Assembly (NCBI GenBank): GCA_965213765.1
Contig: OZ243926.1
Span: 4,368,479-4,432,478 of the forward strand
Source: Rhodospirillales bacterium
GTDB lineage: Bacteria > Pseudomonadota > Alphaproteobacteria > Rhodospirillales > UBA2165
Direction of reading: 5' to 3'
Length of the DNA: 64,000 bases
The translations under genes were made by a program, and so were the position numbers. The notes beneath the pieces are model-generated. The model saw nothing but the letters and a program-made list of their open reading frames with translations, did not search any database and was not told the origin of the DNA. How positions within the stretch are numbered: position 1 is the first letter of the stretch; each line of letters begins with the position of its first letter. This document shows positions 26,380 through 35,389 of the stretch, in pieces.

Positions 26380-28017
26380 GTGGCGAAACTGACCGGCGCG
26401 GCGGCGCTGACAAAATCAATCGTTGGCCACGGTGTCGATTCCATATTCGGGTTGCCCGGCGCCCAACTTGATCCGTTGTTCGACAGTTTTCACGCCGAGC
26501 AGGACCGGTTGCGCGTCCTGCATACCCGGCACGAGCAGGGCGCGGCCTACATGGCATTGGGGTACGCCCACTCTACGGGCCGGGAAGGGGTGTGCACCGT
26601 CGTTCCCGGGCCGGGCGTGTTGAACGCCGGCGCCGCCCTGCTCACGGGATACAGTCTTGGCGCCAAGATGCTGTGCATCGGCGGGCAGATTCCCAGTTGG
26701 GGTATCGACAAGAGCATTGGCCTTCTCCACGAAATGATGGATCAGAAAGGAACGATGTCGGCAATGACCAAGTGGCAGGCCCGTGCCGATACCGTTGGCG
26801 AAGGACCTGGATTGATCGCCGAAGCCTTTCGCCAGATGAATACCGGACGCAGCCGGCCGGTGTTTATCGAGATGGCGACCGATATCATGCGTCAATCCGA
26901 TGACGTCGAGCCGGCGAACCGACCTGAAACCTATGATCAGCCGGAGCCGGACCCCGACCTGATCGAGCAGGCGGCCGCCTTGCTCGGCAATGCGGAGAAC
27001 CCGGCGATATTTGTCGGCGGCGGCATCTTCGGTGCCGAGGAGGAATTGCTCCAGCTGGCGGAAGAGTTGCAGGCACCCGTCTTCATGAGCGCCCAGGGCC
27101 TCGGTGCGGTGGACGGCCGCCACCCTCTGGCGCAGAACCTGATCGCGGCGTCACACACGTGGCCCAAGGTCGATGTGGCGCTGGCGGTCGGGACGAAATT
27201 TCTGCTGCCCATTACCCAGTGGGGATGGGACGACGATGTCAAACTGATCCGGGTCGACCCCGACGCGGAGCAATCGGTGGCGCGCTGGCAACCCGATATC
27301 CATCTGGTCGCGCACGGCAAACCCAGCCTTGCCGCCATGGTGGATCGTTTGGGCCGTCACAACCGGTCCAGGACGCCGCGCGAAGACGAGTACCGCGATC
27401 TCAAGAACGCAGCCGACAAGGAACTTGCCGAAGCGCTGCCCGGACAAGTGGCCTATGGCCGGGTCATTCGCGATCGGCTGCCTGATGACGGCATTGCCTG
27501 CTTCGGCGTTACCCAAATGGGCTTTTACAGTTGGTGGGGCTTCCCGACATATTCGCCCAGGACCAATTTGCAGCCCGGGCTCCAGGGAACGCTCGGATAC
27601 AGCTTCCCGACGGCGCTCGGCGCGCAGGTGGCGCATCCGGACAAGAAAGTGGTCTGCGTCGCCGGTGACGGCGGCTTTATGTTCGGAGCGACCGAACTCT
27701 CGACGGCCATCCGTCACGGGATCAATCTGGTCACCTTGATTTTCAACAACAATGCATACGGTAACGTGCAGAAGCTGCAGACCCTCGATTTTGGCGGACG
27801 GCTGATTGCTTCGGACTTGGCGAACCCGGATTTCGTGAAATTCGCCGAATCCTTTGGTGCGATGGGGCTGAGGGCGGAGAGCCCCGAGGATCTGGGGGAC
27901 AGGCTCGATGAAGCGTTTGCCGCCGACGCGCCCGTGCTGATCGACGTGCCCTTCGATGAACTGCCCGACTGGAGGCCGCTGGAGCGGCGTTACCGGATGC
28001 GCGGCAACGCGGACTGA
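26380..28017 (+). CDS. thiamine-diphosphate-dependent enzyme (acetolactate synthase large-subunit-like)
   Basis: GTG start. N-terminal Pyr domain: GVDSIFGLPGAQLDPLFD...HEQGAAYMALGYA...VPGPGVLNA. C-terminal PP domain: CVAGDGGFMFGATELSTAIRHGINLVTLIFNNNAYGNV. Confidence 0.8.
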   Translation: MAKLTGAAALTKSIVGHGVDSIFGLPGAQLDPLFDSFHAEQDRLRVLHTRHEQGAAYMALGYAHSTGREGVCTVVPGPGVLNAGAALLTGYSLGAKMLCIGGQIPSWGIDKSIGLLHEMMDQKGTMSAMTKWQARADTVGEGPGLIAEAFRQMNTGRSRPVFIEMATDIMRQSDDVEPANRPETYDQPEPDPDLIEQAAALLGNAENPAIFVGGGIFGAEEELLQLAEELQAPVFMSAQGLGAVDGRHPLAQNLIAASHTWPKVDVALAVGTKFLLPITQWGWDDDVKLIRVDPDAEQSVARWQPDIHLVAHGKPSLAAMVDRLGRHNRSRTPREDEYRDLKNAADKELAEALPGQVAYGRVIRDRLPDDGIACFGVTQMGFYSWWGFPTYSPRTNLQPGLQGTLGYSFPTALGAQVAHPDKKVVCVAGDGGFMFGATELSTAIRHGINLVTLIFNNNAYGNVQKLQTLDFGGRLIASDLANPDFVKFAESFGAMGLRAESPEDLGDRLDEAFAADAPVLIDVPFDELPDWRPLERRYRMRGNAD

Positions 28018-28037
28018 ACCGAACGACGGAGATACGC

Positions 28038-28892
28038 GTGAGACTCATTTCCTATGAACTGAATGGCGCCGAGGGCGTCGGCGTCATGGTTGACGACAGC
28101 GGTTTCGTGCCGGCCGCGGGTGCCGCCTCCGATTTGCCCGCCACGATGCTGGGGTTGCTGGAACAAGATGGCGCCATCGACGCCTTAAAAGGCGCCGCCG
28201 ATGGAAAGCCCGCCGAGATGACTCTCGCGGACGTGAAGCTGTTGCCCGTGGTCCCCAATCCCAAGGCCATCTGGTGCGTCGGGGTCAACTACAAAGAGCA
28301 CCAGGATGAGACCGGGCGAGGCGCCCAGGAAGAGCCGATGATCTTCCTGCGTATCGCCGAGGCCCAGATCGCCCACGGCGACCCCATGGTTCGCCCGAGT
28401 TTCTCCGATACGCTGGACTGGGAAGGTGAGCTTGCGGTCATTATCGGCAAGCGGGGCCGCGCCATCCCCAGGGAAAAGGCGTTTGATCACATTGCAGGCT
28501 ATTCCATCTACAACGATGGCACGGTCCGCGAATGGCAGCGGCACACCAGCCAATTCGTACCGGGTAAGAATTTTCAGGACACGGGCGGGTTTGGTCCGTG
28601 GATGGTGACCCCCGACGAGTTTGGTGATCCCTACGCCCATGAACTGACCACCCGGATCAATGGCGAGCAGGTTCAGCACACCGGCATCGCCGCGATGGAT
28701 CACAAGATCGACAAGCTGATCAACTACCTGTCGACGGCCATTGCCTTGAACCCGGGCGACGTCATTGCCACCGGAACGCCGGGCGGGGTCGGTTCGCGCC
28801 GCGACCCGCCCTGGTACATGAAACCGGGTGACGTCTGCACCGTCGAGATCACCGGGATCGGCGTACTCGAAAACCCGGTGATCGACGGCTGA
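28038..28892 (+). CDS. fumarylacetoacetate hydrolase (FAH) family protein
   Basis: KAIWCVGVNYKEH, DWEGELAVIIGK, IAGYSIYNDGTVREWQ and GDVIATGTPGGVG are canonical FAH-family motifs. Confidence 0.85.
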   Translation: MRLISYELNGAEGVGVMVDDSGFVPAAGAASDLPATMLGLLEQDGAIDALKGAADGKPAEMTLADVKLLPVVPNPKAIWCVGVNYKEHQDETGRGAQEEPMIFLRIAEAQIAHGDPMVRPSFSDTLDWEGELAVIIGKRGRAIPREKAFDHIAGYSIYNDGTVREWQRHTSQFVPGKNFQDTGGFGPWMVTPDEFGDPYAHELTTRINGEQVQHTGIAAMDHKIDKLINYLSTAIALNPGDVIATGTPGGVGSRRDPPWYMKPGDVCTVEITGIGVLENPVIDG

Positions 28893-28895
28893 CGC

Positions 28896-30098
28896 TTAGG
28901 GTAGGCGTCCGCCGGGCGCGACGCCCCAAGCCATATCAACGATTTTCTCGTCCGCGGCCTCATCGCAGGCCTTCTTGAACGCGGCCATCACCTTGGCGCC
29001 GGTGGTTTCGTTCCAGAACCAATCGGCGATCTGCATGCTCGACGCGATGCAGCCTTCGGCCGCCATGGCCTCCGAGTAGTAGGCCTTGAAGTCCTCGCCG
29101 GCGAGCTTCAGCGCCATGGCCAGCGGGAACTCCGGATTGGGACTGCGGATACCCTCGTCCTCGACGAAGGCCAGGAGCAACTCGCTCGCCATCTCGATAT
29201 TCATTCCGCTGACACCGACGGTGGTTCTGCCGCGGCGCGCCTTGGCCTTCTCATAGGCCGGACGGAGGACTTCGATCTCGGCGTTCATCGCAGCTCTGAG
29301 GCCGGCCAGATCATCGGTGTCCTCAAACGCCGGCGGCAGCTCGATGGCGCAGGTCCAACCGTCAGCCGGCTTGCCGTCCGGCGGGTCATCGCCGAAGTCC
29401 GCCAGCACGGGCCCCGAGGGGCTCTCCATGAGTTTGAGTTGCTGCTTCAGCACCTGTTTCTGGAACTCGCCGTCGGTCGGTGCGCCATAAGGGCGGCCCA
29501 ACTCAAATGGCACGGCGAGACCCCTCGGCACGCCGATCTTCTCGGTATGGAGCTTGATCAGGCTGATGATCGCCGTCACAAAGCCTTCCCGCTCAAGGTA
29601 GTTGGCCAGCACGCTCACGGCGCGCGTGCACATGGGTCAGACGCCCGATAAGGCGACCGCGTCGACGTTGTCCTCTTTGAGAATTGCCGCGACCTCCTTG
29701 GCATTCTGCTCCATGCCGGTGGGGTCGGTCGCGCCCATGAACGAGACATGATTCTTCGCGATTGAGCCGATGAAGCCTTCTTCGGCGAGTTCCCTAATTC
29801 GATCGATCGGGAAGGACACGTTGATGTCTTCCTGAAATCCCGACCGGTCATAGTTGGACGAAACGTGGCTCATAAACAGGTCCGCGCCGTCCGTCTCGGA
29901 AGGAATGACGCGATAATCCGCATCGCCTCTGAAAAACGGGCGGTCGGTTTTGAGATGAAGTCCGGCGGAAGAGACAATCGCCACCCGCATTTCGCTGAGC
30001 GGTTTCGCCTCGTTCCAGGCACTACTCCCGACCTCCGGCATTACGAGGTCGGTCATCCGCTGCGCCATCGCGGGCGCCAGCGCGTCCATCCTAACCAT
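28896..30098 (-). CDS. GrdB/PrdB-family (glycine/betaine/D-proline reductase selenoprotein B-like) protein, candidate selenoprotein with an in-frame TGA at 29637-29639 (U-P-M-C)
   Basis: ORFs 29637-30098 and 28896-29633 are in one frame, separated only by TGA-CCC. Read-through gives ...NVDAVALSGV-U-PMCTRAVSVLANYLEREG. Landmarks SAGLHLKTD, FPIDRIRELAEEGFIG and FMG resemble PrdB/GrdB, with the TGA at their Sec position. GGAG precedes the ATG at 30098. The gene is divergent from selA. Confidence 0.7.
29609..29629 (-). promoter_or_regulatory. SECIS-like hairpin downstream of TGA 29637-29639
   Basis: The mRNA reads UGA-CCCAUGU-GCACGC-GCGCCGUGA-GCGUGC. This is a 6-bp GC-rich stem with a 9-nt loop containing GU. 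The apical loop begins 16 nt from the U of UGA, the same offset as at 23301. Confidence 0.5.
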
Positions 30099-30273
30099 GT
30101 ATCACTCCATCCAATGAGTTAACGAATTCGCTGGCGGGACTAGATCGGAATTCAAAATTCCTGTCAAACCCCACTCTCCCTTTGGTGCGCTTGCCACTAT
30201 TCGGGAACCTTGACGGACCCAAATCGGCGAAATAGCCTCCGGGGACTCAGGGAAATCGGGCGTCTGTTTGACC

Positions 30274-31701
30274 ATGACAGAGACCTCCAAACCGCTGCGG
30301 GCCGTGTTGCCGTCGGTAGATAAACTGCTGCGCCATGATGATGGCCGGGCGCTGGCCGAGGCCTACGGCCGTGCGGCGACCACGGATGCCGTCCGCGCCG
30401 TCATCGACGAATTGCGGCAACGAATCCTCGGCGCCGGCGAGGATGCCGATACCGCGGAAGAGGCCGTGCTGGCTTCCGTCGCGGATCTGTTGGCGGCGAA
30501 ATCGGCGCCGTCGCTCAAAAAAGTCTTCAACCTGACGGGCACGGTCCTGCACACCAACCTGGGCCGCGCACCCCTGCCGCGGGAGGCGATCGAGGCCATG
30601 ACCCTCGTAGCCGGCGGCGCCTCCAACCTGGAATACGATTTGGAAGGCGGTAAGCGGGGCGACCGGGACGTTCACGTGGATGAGTTGTTGGCCGAGCTGA
30701 CCGGCGCCGAGGCGGCGACGGTGGTGAACAACAACGCGGCGGCGGTCCTGCTGGTCCTCAATACGTTGGCCAAGGGCAAGGAGGTTCCCGTTTCCCGCGG
30801 CCAGCTGGTGGAGATCGGCGGCTCGTTCCGCATGCCCGACATTATCCGCCGGGCCGGCTGCAAAATGCATGAGGTCGGGACCACCAACCGGACACATCTT
30901 AAGGATTTCGAAGAGGCCATCAGCGACAAGACGGCGTTGTTGTTGAAGGTCCATACCTCCAATTACGAGGTGCAGGGCTTCACCAAGGAGGTGAGCGACA
31001 CTGAACTCGCCGCGCTGGCACGGAAACACGGCATTCCCTGCGTTGATGATTTAGGCAGCGGCACGTTGGTGGACCTCACTCAATTCGGCCTGCCCCACGA
31101 ACCGACGGCGGCGGAAGCGTTGGCCCACGGCATGTCCGTGGTGACGTTCTCCGGCGACAAGCTGCTGGGCGGGCCGCAGGCCGGCATGATCGTCGGCAAA
31201 AGGGAACTCATCGACAAGATCAAGAAGAACCCGATGAAGCGGGCCTTGCGGATCGACAAGGTGACCATGGCGGCGCTGAGCGCCGTGCTCCGCCTCTATC
31301 TCGATCCCGACCGCCTCGCGGAGCGCATGCCGGCGCTCAGGCTGCTGGCGCGCCAAGCCGATGAAATCGCCGCGACCGGCAAGCGGATCGTCGATCCGGT
31401 GTCCCGGGCGTTTGACGGGATCGCCGCCGTTGAGTTGGTCGGCTGCCAGAGCCAGATCGGCAGCGGTTCCCTGCCGGTGGAGCGACTGGACAGCGTCGCC
31501 CTCGGCATTACCCCGTCAACCGGCAAGCGGGGCGGCGGTGCCGCGCTCAATCGAATCGCCAAGGCGTTCCGCTCACTCCCCATCCCGGTCATTGGCCGGG
31601 TTCACGAAGGCGCCTTCCTTCTCGATCTCCGCTGCCTTGAAGACGTAGAAGCCTTCGTCGGCCAGCTCGACGGGTTGACGCCGGGGGGCGCGTCCAGGTG
31701 A
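30274..31701 (+). CDS. selA: L-seryl-tRNA(Sec) selenium transferase
   Basis: [66 protein letters not shown] and [13 protein letters not shown] (PLP-Lys context). ORF 30268-31701; the ATG at 30274 is preferred. Confidence 0.9.
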   Translation: MTETSKPLRAVLPSVDKLLRHDDGRALAEAYGRAATTDAVRAVIDELRQRILGAGEDADTAEEAVLASVADLLAAKSAPSLKKVFNLTGTVLHTNLGRAPLPREAIEAMTLVAGGASNLEYDLEGGKRGDRDVHVDELLAELTGAEAATVVNNNAAAVLLVLNTLAKGKEVPVSRGQLVEIGGSFRMPDIIRRAGCKMHEVGTTNRTHLKDFEEAISDKTALLLKVHTSNYEVQGFTKEVSDTELAALARKHGIPCVDDLGSGTLVDLTQFGLPHEPTAAEALAHGMSVVTFSGDKLLGGPQAGMIVGKRELIDKIKKNPMKRALRIDKVTMAALSAVLRLYLDPDRLAERMPALRLLARQADEIAATGKRIVDPVSRAFDGIAAVELVGCQSQIGSGSLPVERLDSVALGITPSTGKRGGGAALNRIAKAFRSLPIPVIGRVHEGAFLLDLRCLEDVEAFVGQLDGLTPGGASR

Positions 31702-33626
31702 TCGTCGCGACCGCCGGCCACATAGACCACGGCAAGACCCTACTGGTGCGGACCTTGACCGGGGTCGATACCGACCGGCTGCCCGAAGAGAAAAAACGCG
31801 GCATGTCCATCGATCTGGGCTTCGCTTACAAGCCGATGGCCAGCGGCAAGGTCATGGGATTTGTCGACGTGCCGGGTCACGAGCGCTTCGTTCGCAACAT
31901 GCTGGCCGGCGTTTCCGGCATCGATTACGCGCTGCTGGTCATCGCCGCCGACGACGGACCCATGCCCCAGACCGAGGAGCACCTGGCGATCCTCGATCTC
32001 CTCGGAATCGATCAAGGGGTGGTCGCGCTGACCAAGATCGACCGGGTCGACGAAGCGAGGATCAAGGACGTCACCGAACAGATCGAGTTCCTGTTGATGG
32101 AGACCGGCCTCGAGGGATCGGAAATCCTGCCTGTGTCGGCGGTGACCGGCGATGGGATTGATGAACTCAAGGAGCATCTGGCCATCGCTTCCGAGCTGAT
32201 CGGCGACCGGGACGTTCACGGCAATTTCCGCCTCGCCGTCGACCGGGCATTTACCCTCCAGGGCGCCGGCCTCATCGTCACCGGCTCGGTGTTCGCGGGG
32301 GCGGTGAATGTGGGCGATCAGCTGACCCTCACCCCCGGCGGCCAGAGCGTCCGGGTGCGCGGCATCCACGCCCAGAACGAGGAAGCGGAGGCGGGTGCGG
32401 CCGGTCAGCGCTGCGCCCTCAACATCACCGGCCAGAACCTCACGAAGGACGACGTGCACCGGGGCGGCTGGCTGGTCGCCGATGCGATCCACGATCCCGT
32501 TTCCCGGTTCGATGCCCGGCTCCGGGTGCTGCCGAGCGAGGCCAAGTCTCTCAAGCACTGGACGCCGGTCCATGTCCATCTGGGCGCCGCCGAAATTCCG
32601 GGCCGTGTCGCGGTCCTCGAAGACAAGAACATCCCGCCCGGCGAGAGCGCGTTGGTGCAGATCGTTCTCGACCGGCGGATCGGCGCGCTGCGCGGCGACG
32701 GATTCATTCTTCGCGATCAGTCGGCGACCCGGACGGTCGCCGGCGGCCGTGTACTCGACCCCCACGGCCCCGCCCGGGGCCGTGCCAAGCCGGAACGTCT
32801 TGCCGCTATCGCCGCCATGGAGGAACGCACCGCCGCCGATGCGCTCCGGAAGATTCTCGACCAGCAGGCGCTGGGCGTCGATCTCCCGGCGTTCATCGTC
32901 AGCTGGAACCTGAACGACGATGAACAGGCCGCGCTTTGGGACGCGGTCGAGATCGTCCGTGCCGGTGAGAATCTGGAGACCGGCTACGCGCCCGCGCACT
33001 GGACCAAAATCCGGGACGGCATCACGGCCGCGCTCCGGGCGTGGCACGAAAACGCACCCGAGAAGCCCGGGCCCAGTGCCGACGGGCTTCGCCGCGAGAC
33101 CGGTGTCCGGATGCCGACCAAACGGTTTACGCCGATTATCGAAACCCTGGTCGCCGACGGAACCATCATCAACCGGGGCGCCAGCTATTTCCTGCCGGGC
33201 TTCGAGCCCCAACTGTCGTCCAAGGACGAAGCGCTGTGGAAGCGGGTCAAGCCGATCCTCGAAGACGGGCATACCAAGCCGCCGGTGGTCCACGACATCG
33301 CCGAGAGGATCAAATCGCCCGCCAAGGCGGTGGAGAGCTTCCTCGTCCGCTGCGCCCGGCTGGGCCTCGTCTATCGCGTCGCCAAGAACCGGTTTCTGCT
33401 TCCCGATGCGGTCCTCGAACTCGGCGAGATCGCCGAGGCCTTGGGCCGCGAGAGCAAGGAGCAGGGCTTCGGCGCCGCTGACTTCCGGGACCGCTCGGGG
33501 GTCGGGCGCAACCTCGCCATCGAGATTCTCGAATATTTCGATCATGCCGGCCTCACCTGGCGGAGCGGCAACGAGCGCAAGGTCCTCAAACCGGCCGCCG
33601 AGGTTTTCGGCGACACACCTGGATGA
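31698..33626 (+). CDS. selB: selenocysteine-specific translation elongation factor
   Basis: [48 protein letters not shown] and ALTKIDRV (GTPase G1-G4), plus a long winged-helix C-terminal extension. The GTG start overlaps the selA stop as GTGA. Confidence 0.9.
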   Translation: MIVATAGHIDHGKTLLVRTLTGVDTDRLPEEKKRGMSIDLGFAYKPMASGKVMGFVDVPGHERFVRNMLAGVSGIDYALLVIAADDGPMPQTEEHLAILDLLGIDQGVVALTKIDRVDEARIKDVTEQIEFLLMETGLEGSEILPVSAVTGDGIDELKEHLAIASELIGDRDVHGNFRLAVDRAFTLQGAGLIVTGSVFAGAVNVGDQLTLTPGGQSVRVRGIHAQNEEAEAGAAGQRCALNITGQNLTKDDVHRGGWLVADAIHDPVSRFDARLRVLPSEAKSLKHWTPVHVHLGAAEIPGRVAVLEDKNIPPGESALVQIVLDRRIGALRGDGFILRDQSATRTVAGGRVLDPHGPARGRAKPERLAAIAAMEERTAADALRKILDQQALGVDLPAFIVSWNLNDDEQAALWDAVEIVRAGENLETGYAPAHWTKIRDGITAALRAWHENAPEKPGPSADGLRRETGVRMPTKRFTPIIETLVADGTIINRGASYFLPGFEPQLSSKDEALWKRVKPILEDGHTKPPVVHDIAERIKSPAKAVESFLVRCARLGLVYRVAKNRFLLPDAVLELGEIAEALGRESKEQGFGAADFRDRSGVGRNLAIEILEYFDHAGLTWRSGNERKVLKPAAEVFGDTPG

Positions 33627-33645
33627 GACTCCGGCTCGAGGCGAA

Positions 33646-35277
33646 CTAACCCCGATCCATGATCGACGGCGCGGCGAGCGAACCCGATCCCCGCCGGGGG
33701 AATTTGGCAAAGGCATAGCCCTGCTGATGACAAGCCTTGGTGATCACCAGCGCCTTCCAGAACCCGCCGCCGATGAGGACGAACACGCCGGCGGCGCCCA
33801 GCACCCAGACCGGCACGGCGGCCCACGCGGCGGCCGCGGCGAACAGCACCACGGGGATCAGGTGCCCCGACACATTGAGCATGGCTGTCGATGATTCCAG
33901 GATTCCCCGGCTCAACGGGCCGATGCCGTTGGCCTTGGCGCCCTGCACATACATTCGCCACAGGCCGTAATTGATCAGGCCCAGAAGAATGCCGGCGAGA
34001 GGCAGCAGGAAACCGCCCTCGAATGAAATCCCGTAGACCGCGAACACGATGGCCGAGAGGCCGACTCCTTCGTAGAGGCCGGTGGCCACCAGCATGGTCG
34101 GCATCATGGCGACCCGCCAGGTGGGGATGCCCTTGGCCATGTGCAAAATCTTGGCTTGGCAATAGAGAAAGACCAGGGCGGCGGCGCCCGCCAGGAAATG
34201 AAGCGACGGCAGCTGCCAGAGGAAGCCGGCGGCGATGGCCGGATACAGCACCCCGACGGCATAGATTTCGCGGCTCATCCATGAAGTTTGCGGGCGCAGG
34301 ATGGCAAACGGGGCGCGCAGCTTTCGGCCGATCTTGAGCCAGACGAAAAACAGGCCGGCGGCGATGATCCCGGCGGCGCCCAGGTTCATCTTGGTGAGCG
34401 TGGCGCCGTCGAGGCCGGCGAACAGATGCAGCAGGTAGGCGACCACGATCATGCCGGCGCCGAACCCGCCGAGGATGAAATTCATCGCCGCCCGCATGTC
34501 CCAGAAGGTCTGGGGCTGGCCGACCAGCGGATTGGCCGGATCGCTCATCGCCTCGTCGCCGGTATCCGCCGCATTGAGGTCCCGGCCCGGCACCGCCGGC
34601 GTCTCGTAGAGATATTTGATCTGCGGATCGGTGCCGAGCTCCGAATGCATCTGGAAATGGCTGTTTTCCTCCGCAAGCCTGGAGACGTGGCTGTCGGGGT
34701 CGTTGAAGTCGCCGAATTGGATCGCACTGGCAATGCACGACGCGGCACAGGCCGGGGTCGCGTCCGGATCCACCCCCGGCGACAGGCCGGCGGCGATACC
34801 GTCATCGACCCGGTCAATGCAGAAGGTGCACTTCTGGGCGACGCCGAACCGTTCGTCGTGGGCGACCGCTTCTTCCTGAAGCGTCTCCTCTCCGAAATAG
34901 AACTCCTTGTCGTGAACGATGGTCCGCGCCTGATAGGGGCAGGCGACGGCGCAGGATGCGCAGCCGATACACAGATCGTAGTCCATGGTGACCAGCCCGT
35001 CGGCCCGCTGCTTGGTGGCACCGGTCGGGCAGACGGGCACGCAGGGCGGCTCGGCGCAGTGCTGGCAGCCGACCACCATGAACACCCGCTCCACATCGGG
35101 GAAGGCGCCGGTTTCCACGTCCAGAACCCGCCGCCATTGAACCCCGGGGACCGTATCGTTGGCATGCTTGCAGGCGATGGTGCAGGTCTGACAGCCGACG
35201 CAGCGATTGACGTCGACCACCATGCCCCATCTGCGCTCCTCGGCGCGCCGGGACGGATCGGATGAAACCCCGTTCAC
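33646..35277 (-). CDS. fused 4Fe-4S ferredoxin-type (DmsB/PsrB/PadC-like) and polytopic membrane-anchor (DmsC/NrfD/PadD-like) subunit
   Basis: The N-terminal roughly 230 aa carry CVGCQTCTIAC, CQHCAEPPCVPVCP, CIGCASCAVACP and CTFC. The C-terminal roughly 300 aa are highly hydrophobic with multiple predicted TM helices. It lies downstream of the Mo subunit. Confidence 0.8.
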   Translation of the reverse strand: MNGVSSDPSRRAEERRWGMVVDVNRCVGCQTCTIACKHANDTVPGVQWRRVLDVETGAFPDVERVFMVVGCQHCAEPPCVPVCPTGATKQRADGLVTMDYDLCIGCASCAVACPYQARTIVHDKEFYFGEETLQEEAVAHDERFGVAQKCTFCIDRVDDGIAAGLSPGVDPDATPACAASCIASAIQFGDFNDPDSHVSRLAEENSHFQMHSELGTDPQIKYLYETPAVPGRDLNAADTGDEAMSDPANPLVGQPQTFWDMRAAMNFILGGFGAGMIVVAYLLHLFAGLDGATLTKMNLGAAGIIAAGLFFVWLKIGRKLRAPFAILRPQTSWMSREIYAVGVLYPAIAAGFLWQLPSLHFLAGAAALVFLYCQAKILHMAKGIPTWRVAMMPTMLVATGLYEGVGLSAIVFAVYGISFEGGFLLPLAGILLGLINYGLWRMYVQGAKANGIGPLSRGILESSTAMLNVSGHLIPVVLFAAAAAWAAVPVWVLGAAGVFVLIGGGFWKALVITKACHQQGYAFAKFPRRGSGSLAAPSIMDRG

Positions 35278-35314
35278 GATATCGGGCCTTCATTGAGGCC
35301 GCCCCCGCCCCGGC

Positions 35315-35339
35315 GCTCCCCCCTCGAAGGGGAGGGAGC
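35315..35339 (-). other. intercistronic GC-rich hairpin between the Mo subunit and FeS/membrane subunit genes
   Basis: GCTCCCCCCTCGAAGGGGAGGGAGC forms 10 pairs (including one G.U wobble) with one mismatch around a GAA loop. It sits in the 112-nt gap between 35390 and 35277. Confidence 0.6.
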
Positions 35340-35389
35340 ATGAGGTAGGGGCGTCAGCGCCGTCGATATCGAGCGTGCGGCCGCCTCGT

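Noticed and set aside
30147-30161. The inverted repeat GGAAT-TCAAA-ATTCC in the grdB-like/selA intergenic region contains TTCAAAA. I considered it as the anticodon arm of a hidden selC.
   Set aside because: With a 7-nt loop the anticodon would be CAA. There is no T-arm (GGTTCGAAT-like) or acceptor stem in the surrounding 170 bp. It is more likely a small operator or hairpin, if anything.
31740-33716. A 658-aa minus-strand ORF lies antisense to selB.
   Set aside because: It has the same shadow-ORF signature, while selB on the plus strand has clear GTPase motifs. The plus-strand ORFs 32920-33894 and 32395-32913 are likewise off-frame artefacts.
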